From: Eledone cirrhosa
Taxonomy: Eukaryota
DNA length: 35,443 nucleotides
Assembly: GCA_964016885.1 (NCBI GenBank)
Contig: CAXHJY010001281.1
Coordinates: forward strand, 1 to 35,443
Direction: 5' to 3'
In this document: piece after piece, positions 27,831-35,443 of the stretch
How the letters are laid out: each line of letters starts with the position of its first letter
Position numbering within the stretch: position 1 is the first letter of the stretch
Position numbers and translations under genes: made by a program
Notes under the pieces: generated by a model
Databases searched by the model: none
Seen by the model: only the letters and a program-made list of their open reading frames with translations
What the model was told of the DNA's origin: nothing

Positions 27831-29183
27831 AAAATTTCATGGCTCCTAGCCAGAATACTCAAACCCATCTTAGACACCTTGCCGGGACACGTTAACAGCT
27901 CCGAGGAGGTGTTGAAGCGTCTGCATCAAATGGATCCCGACACCAGAAGGAATAACAGATATGCCTTCAGCCTTGATGTAGTCGCTCTCTACACCTCGGT
28001 CCCGGCACTCCCGACCGTCAATATACTGATGCAACGCGTCCAATCCACCGACTTACACTGCTTCGGGCTCACCACCACTGATATCCACCAACTCCTATCC
28101 ATCGTCGTCGACAACACCTACTTCGGATTCCTTGACCAAACATACCAACAAACCTCGGGATTGCCCATGGGATCAAGCCTATCAGGTGTGCTAGCGATCT
28201 CTTACATGGACAACCTCGAACGCAAGGCACTCAACGCCTGCCACCCCAACGCCGTAGCCTTTTTCTCAAGGTACGTGGACGATATCCTCATCCTCACATC
28301 TTCCCAAGACACGGCGAACAGAATCTATGAGACGTTCAACAACAGGGACGAGAACATTGACTTCAGTGTTGAACACCCCAACGAAGACGGGTCACTTGCC
28401 TTCCTCGACTTCCGAATCAACATCACGGAACAGGGAAGGATCCACTGCAACTTCTACCGAAAGGCAGCCTGCAGGGACCTGTTCGTCCACTACAAGTCCG
28501 CCCTCCCTAACAGTGCCAAAAGAGGATACATCACGAACGAGATCGCGCGAATCAAAAACAGATGCAGCGATCCCGCGAGTGGTGTCACTCATACCAAGCG
28601 ATTCCTCGGGATGCTGGAGACGAACGGGTACCCTACCTCGATCACAGACAGAATAGGAGACACCAGACACAATAGACAGAGAGGCACCCAAGGCATGTGC
28701 TTCCTTAAAATTCCGCATCTGGGCGAGAATACCACCAACGCTATCCGCAAGGCTATACGGAGGGAGGGCCTCGACATCCACCTGGCCCACTCGGGCCCCT
28801 CCCTGCGAAGATGCCTCTCCAAGAAACCCGGGAAATCTACTGACGCATGCTCCCTCAGAGACTGCCCGATACGCCATGCGAACTGTTGCCTACGCACATA
28901 CGTCGTGTATAAGATAGAATGTGACAGGTGCAATCTATACTACATAGGTAGCACAATCCGACCTTTGCACATCCGGATCAAGGAACACACTAAAACCAGG
29001 GCCTCGTCTTTCCGGAAACACATAGACAAATGGGGAAACAAAGACGGAAGGCCCATTGTCACAATTCTAGCGACTGAAAGAAACGTCGGCATGTTACGTA
29101 TCAAGGAAGCACTTTTCATCAAACGCCTGCAACCGCAAATAAACAACCGATTAGAGAGAAGCGAAATGAGATGGCTGGTTTAA
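27831..29183 (+). CDS. PLE reverse transcriptase + C-terminal GIY-YIG endonuclease (5'-truncated, frame open)
   Basis: Frame is open from KISWLLARILKP; SLDVVALYTSVP, GLPMGSSLS, RYVDDI, FLD, YRK, VVYKIECDRCNLYYIGST..RIKEH, EALFI..P.IN. Confidence 0.92.
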   Translation, partial: KISWLLARILKPILDTLPGHVNSSEEVLKRLHQMDPDTRRNNRYAFSLDVVALYTSVPALPTVNILMQRVQSTDLHCFGLTTTDIHQLLSIVVDNTYFGFLDQTYQQTSGLPMGSSLSGVLAISYMDNLERKALNACHPNAVAFFSRYVDDILILTSSQDTANRIYETFNNRDENIDFSVEHPNEDGSLAFLDFRINITEQGRIHCNFYRKAACRDLFVHYKSALPNSAKRGYITNEIARIKNRCSDPASGVTHTKRFLGMLETNGYPTSITDRIGDTRHNRQRGTQGMCFLKIPHLGENTTNAIRKAIRREGLDIHLAHSGPSLRRCLSKKPGKSTDACSLRDCPIRHANCCLRTYVVYKIECDRCNLYYIGSTIRPLHIRIKEHTKTRASSFRKHIDKWGNKDGRPIVTILATERNVGMLRIKEALFIKRLQPQINNRLERSEMRWLV

Positions 29184-29846
29184 GTTAACAAACGATGTAG
29201 CAACACACAACACACGCACACACAAACGAGACAACTACACACACACACACAGTAGCATTCCACCATACGAACATACTACACTGCCAATACAGAGGAACAA
29301 GGCAACTACACACGCACACACACACACACTCAAGCGAGACAACAACACACGCGCACACACACACAGTAACATTTAACAGACAGGCAGAGAATGGACTGAC
29401 AGCTAGCGCCACCCCACTCCCTCATTCGGCCGCTGACCTCTGCCCGACCGACCCCATTTCACGCGCACGCGCGCTCTGCCGAATACCTCAGATATTCAAA
29501 ATAACAAACAGCGGAGGACGCGTTTCGCAACTGTCCGATAGACAACATTTACCCGGAAAAAAAAACCCAGTTGATGGATGTGAATCCGAAATATATAAGG
29601 ACTATTAAATCTCTCCCAAGGTAACTCTCTCTTGTCTTGTTATTTTATTTTATCCTTTATACTCTTCCCTTCTTTCTTCTACACATTTACACATCTTTAC
29701 ACACCACGCATCTCAACGTACAACCACTTACATCTCTCTCTCCACCACCGGATCTTATTACCCGGAGATTTACCCATTTGCATTGTCGAGGCTTCCAAAC
29801 GACTTAAAGATATTTATTTATTATTCCACAATGCTTCAAGCAAACG

Positions 29847-29848
<2 letters not shown>
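27831..29848 (+). mobile_element. 5'-truncated Penelope-like element (different lineage from the two Naiad-like copies), in (TA)n
   Basis: RT + GIY-YIG ORF, about 660-bp 3' region with a decayed HHR-like motif (GGAT-GTGA-ATCC-GAAA-TATA-TA at about 29568-29600); (TA)n on both sides. Confidence 0.9.
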
Positions 29849-31477
<1,629 letters not shown>

Positions 31478-32053
31478 AAACAATTTAAATATAAATTAAT
31501 ATATATGATGAAACACAAATACCAACATATCTGCATTTATATTGCAAAAGAAATTTAGTTAGCTAGAATGAAATATATTAATTATAATATTACAGCCTGC
31601 CTATATCGATTTAAAATAATAAATCAACAAAGACAAACAGTATTGCCAAATGGCCGTGATGTTTAGACACATTTAAATTTCAAAATCAAACCTGTTCCGT
31701 AGATAAGTTTAAACTTTAAAATCCAAATATGTTTCGAGATAAATAAGTGTAAGGATATCTTGTCCAGCTCTCTTCAGTAAACATCCCCAACAAATTGATA
31801 TGCTTCACTTCTAAATATTTTAAAAGACTGTTTAACGCACATGGTTTACAGTTTCTAGCCAGCCTCATACCCGTACTGCTAGAAATAACAGCCGTATATA
31901 TGAGGCTACTATCAGCTCAACCTAAGGAGCAATTTTACTAAGTGTAATGAGTTCTTTTACAATGAAAATAGCTCAAAGAAAGAAATATTTCTGAGCCGTG
32001 TAAAACATTTAAATATAAATTAATATATATGATGAAACACAAATACCAACATA
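31478..32053 (-). mobile_element. Family E HHR element, diverged copy: about 524-bp unit with about 52-bp terminal redundancy
   Basis: Colinear homology with 24081-24615; 31478-31530 is repeated at 32002-32053. Confidence 0.88.
31707..31782 (-). ncRNA. Type I hammerhead ribozyme (family E)
   Basis: Minus strand: GTTTA-CTGAAGA-GAG...CTC-GAAAC...GTT-TAAAC; the only core difference from the other copy is at variable position 7. Confidence 0.72.
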
Positions 32054-32073
32054 TATATATATCTTATATATAT

Positions 32074-32290
32074 GGAAAGTTATATTTAAATTGTTGTGTT
32101 ACAACTAGTAAATATTTATAACTGATATAAAAGCACTCGACAAATATTTGGAGTATATTTACAATATTAAATAAATGGAAACTATATTTATAAAACCATA
32201 TTTATTTCATTATATATATTTCAGGGATAACATATTAACCATATGCTATGCCTTCCTCAGACAAAATACAATATAAACAGTTTTATAGAT
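32074..32290 (-). mobile_element. Family B HHR element, diverged 5'-truncated copy
   Basis: Colinear with 12545-12766 in reverse orientation. Confidence 0.85.
32203..32268 (-). ncRNA. Type I hammerhead ribozyme (family B)
   Basis: TATTTTGT-CTGAGGA-AGGCATAGCATAT-GGTTA-ATATGTTATCCCT-GAAA-TATATA-TA-ATGAAATA; 12 of 13 stem II pairs form. Confidence 0.82.
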
Positions 32291-33651
32291 AAATAGATAA
32301 ATAGATTCGACATACCGTACCAACATCTACTTGCATTTGAGAAGGTTGATTTGGTTGTGACAAAATTGTACACAGAGAGAAAGAAAGAGAGAGAGAAAGA
32401 GAGAAAAAGAGAGAAAAAAAAGGAAAGAAAGACAGAAAACGAAGAAAAAGAAAAAGAAGAAATGCATGGAACAAAATAGAGAGATGGAAAGATAGATAAA
32501 GAGAAGAACTTCATGTAAAGAAACAGAAAGAGATATATATATATAGAGAGAGAGGAAATAGAGATAGATACATATATAGAAAGCTAGGTAGTGGAACGAC
32601 TGTTGAATAACGTATCAATGATACATTTATCTGTTTATTTATTTATTTAGCTCTAGTATTAATGTAAGGGAGATATATGGAGGGAAAACCAGTTGTTAAA
32701 TAGGGAAAGAAAAAAGAGAGAGAGAAAATTCAAAAACATCCAGACACAAGCGAGGCGTACAAACCTCTGTTTTAATGTAGAGGTATTAGTAATTACAAAA
32801 CCAGCCTCTGCATTGTAAATATCAGTATTCCTGAATGAGATATGTATCCACAATGTGTGAAAATTAATGATCTTATGTTTAGTTTTTTAAAAAATTCATA
32901 TGTTTATGTGATAATTACAAACATCTATGTGAATGTACATGATCAATTCTGCAAACTCTAAGTTCACGGAAAGTATTCTCAATGCGGTATAAAAATTTAA
33001 GTATACATATATGTGTATATAGAGTCAATATTACTATTTCTGTCTCTACTCTACAAGATTATCTATCAAGCAAAGATAGAACAGATTTCAATATACTAAT
33101 AAAAATAAAAATAAATAAAAATATATCGGAAACAAAACTAAACTAAAATAACAATAATAATAATAAGTAATAATAAAATAGAAAACTAAGAAATATTACG
33201 AAAGAGTATTACATATTAAAAATATTACATATTAAAAATTTACATATTAAAAATATTAAAAATAAAAAATTAGGAAATACTACAGTAATAAAAATAAAAT
33301 AAACCACAAAGATCAACCCTTCAAAATTAATTGACAATATATTGCCAAGTTCATTATAAACATCAGAGTCGAAAAACAGATAAAGCCAAAAATTATCTAT
33401 CAAATCGCATCTAGCAAAGATCATTTCAAAAAGTATAGGATGCCCAATTTGGTCTACATGTGTTCTTATATTTAATATAGAAGTTTATCTAGTGTAACGT
33501 TTATTCGAAATATTTGGAGCATCAACTTTTAGGATAGTTTAATTTTTCATGAAGAATGTTTAAATAAATAAAATAAAAATAAAAAGAGTAAAAAGTGAAT
33601 CAAAGATTTATCGGCTAGTTTCCCATATAATTATAAATCAAACTAAATATA

Positions 33652-33908
33652 CTATATTTTAAATTTAAATTTATATTTAAACGTTGAGTTTAATCTATGT
33701 TTGCAACAACTGAATAAATTTGTCCGTAGATTAAGGGAATTTTTAGATTTTAGTATAAAGAATATCTCCTCTGCACAGAGGTCACATGTCTCAGAGGATG
33801 AATTAAAAGGAATCCCTCTTGAGACTATATTCCAAGCCGTCGAATATCTAACGTTATCTAGCTTAAGTTGCCATAGTACGCCTGATAGTGCCGTTGAAGA
33901 TTTTTTTT
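33652..33908 (-). mobile_element. Inverted copy of the 3' coding end of the adjacent PLE (probably continues leftwards as 3' UTR)
   Basis: 33776-33906 is the reverse complement of 35311-35441; minus strand encodes KKSSTALSGVLWQLK...CDLCAEEIFFILKSKNSLNLRTNLFSCCKHRLNSTFKYKFKFKI*. Confidence 0.92.
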
Positions 33909-35443
33909 ATTTTGAAAATGACCTGCCAGTTAGATTGATCGCACCATCAAAATCGGACCTGGGCAAATTAAGCAAAAACATTCTTGACAGTGTGATACGG
34001 CAAATTAAGAACTTGGATTGTTTATCTAACCTGAGCTTGTGGAGGGGAACTGGAGAAGTCGTTGAGTGGTTTAAGCAAATTAAATATAACAATAATAATA
34101 AGTTTATTCAACTTGATATAGCTAACTATTATTCTTCTATTACCCCTAATCTACTAAATAAGGCACTAAATTACGCATTCAAACATACTGACCTAACTAG
34201 CAATGAAATGCATATTATATTATCGGCTAGGAAAACTTTGATAGAATTTAATGACCAACTATGGACCAGAGCAGATAGAGATAGCAATTTTGACATTACT
34301 ATGGGATCATCCGACTCAGCCCAGGTAACTGACCTTGTGGGTTTATTTTTAATCAATTCGCTACATAGGAAAATACCCGGTACTACCGGAGGTTTATATA
34401 GAGACGACATGCTTTTACTTATTGATAATAATAACTCTGAACTAAATAGAAAATGTAAACAAATTACACAATTTTTTAATTACTTTAATCTTAAAATAGA
34501 AATTGAAAACAACCATAGAATAGTCAATTTCCTAGATATAACATTAAATCTCAACACATGTCTTCACTATCCTTTTCACAAGTTGAATGAAAACTTAAAC
34601 TATGTAAACTTTAACTCTAACCACCCCAGATCTGTCAAAAACACTATAGTAAACTCTGTCCAAAAACGTATCTCTAGGATCTCGTCGAATAGAAAGATTT
34701 TCGACGAAAAAGCCCAATACTACAATGAAGCATTAGCTAGAGCAGGATATGCTGATAAGATTGTGTACATAGATAATGATAGACAAACTAAACAAAGTAA
34801 CAACTTTTTTAATTACGGCAACATCCTTAACAACTATAATAGAAAGCATTACAATAATTCCAAAGGCCAAAAAAGAAATAGAACTAGGAACATAATTTGG
34901 TTTGCCCCCCCCCCCCCCCGTTCTCACTAAACATTAAAACCCACATCGCTAAACTATTTTTTAAAGCTCTTGATAATCGCTTCCCTAGAACACATAGATA
35001 TCACTCAATTTTCAATAGACATACAATTAAATTAACCTACTCATCCACCAAAAATTTAGCACAAAATATCAATAGAATAAATAATAGGAACTTAAAACCT
35101 AGTGATAACAGCATAAATAATATACAAGTTAACAAATGTAACTGTAGAGATAGATCTAAATGTCCGTTAAATAACAACTGCTTAGTTAAAAATATAGTAT
35201 ACAATTGTAATGTTAATACTGACTCTAATTCTTTTAACTACGTCGGTTCCACATCGACGGAATTTAAACTTCGCTATAATAACCACAAGAATTCTTTCAC
35301 AGATCCAAGTAAAAAATCTTCAACGGCACTATCAGGCGTACTATGGCAACTTAAGCTAGATAACGTTAGATATTCGACGGCTTGGAATATAGTCTCAAGA
35401 GGGATTCCTTTTAATTCATCCTCTGAGACATGTGACCTCTGCG
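33909..35443 (+). pseudogene. 5'-truncated Naiad-like PLE RT + GIY-YIG; frameshift at C15 run (34905-34919); runs off the window
   Basis: FENDLPVRLIAPSKSDLGK, QLDIANYYSSI, FDITMGSSD, GGLYRDD, NFLDITLNL, WFAPP; after the shift CNCRDRSKCP..NIVYNC..NYVGST..FKLRYNNH..CDLC; clearly homologous to 21913-23098. Confidence 0.92.

Noticed and set aside
29510-29530. GAAACGCGTC HHR half on the minus strand
   Set aside because: No CUGANGA or stem I partner found at a suitable distance.
33701-33908. Apparent novel N-terminal domain on the PLE RT
   Set aside because: It is the antisense of the element's own 3' end.

Overview
This is AT-rich animal genomic DNA. The repeat types and huge (TA)n arrays resemble octopus/cephalopod DNA, which is an inference. 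No host gene can be called confidently, and most ORF-track entries are microsatellite noise. The window is a series of kb-scale (TA)n arrays packed with retroelements. Coding remnants comprise three 5'-truncated Penelope-like elements (PLEs; RT + GIY-YIG, two of them Naiad-like), one CR1-group LINE, one R4/Dong element in (TAA)n and several RTE fragments. There are also SINEs and a non-autonomous Helitron. The most interesting content is invisible to the ORF track. At least five distinct small non-coding element families each carry a type I hammerhead ribozyme (HHR), giving about 13 HHR motifs with intact cores plus degenerate ones. They end at (TA)n and occur as head-to-head palindromes or as unit + partial tandem + inverted fragment. 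An autonomous-type Naiad-like PLE in the same window shows the same inverted architecture, which suggests a PLE-driven, (TA)n-targeted, ribozyme-bearing non-autonomous (retrozyme-like) system. All folds were read by eye and none was computed.
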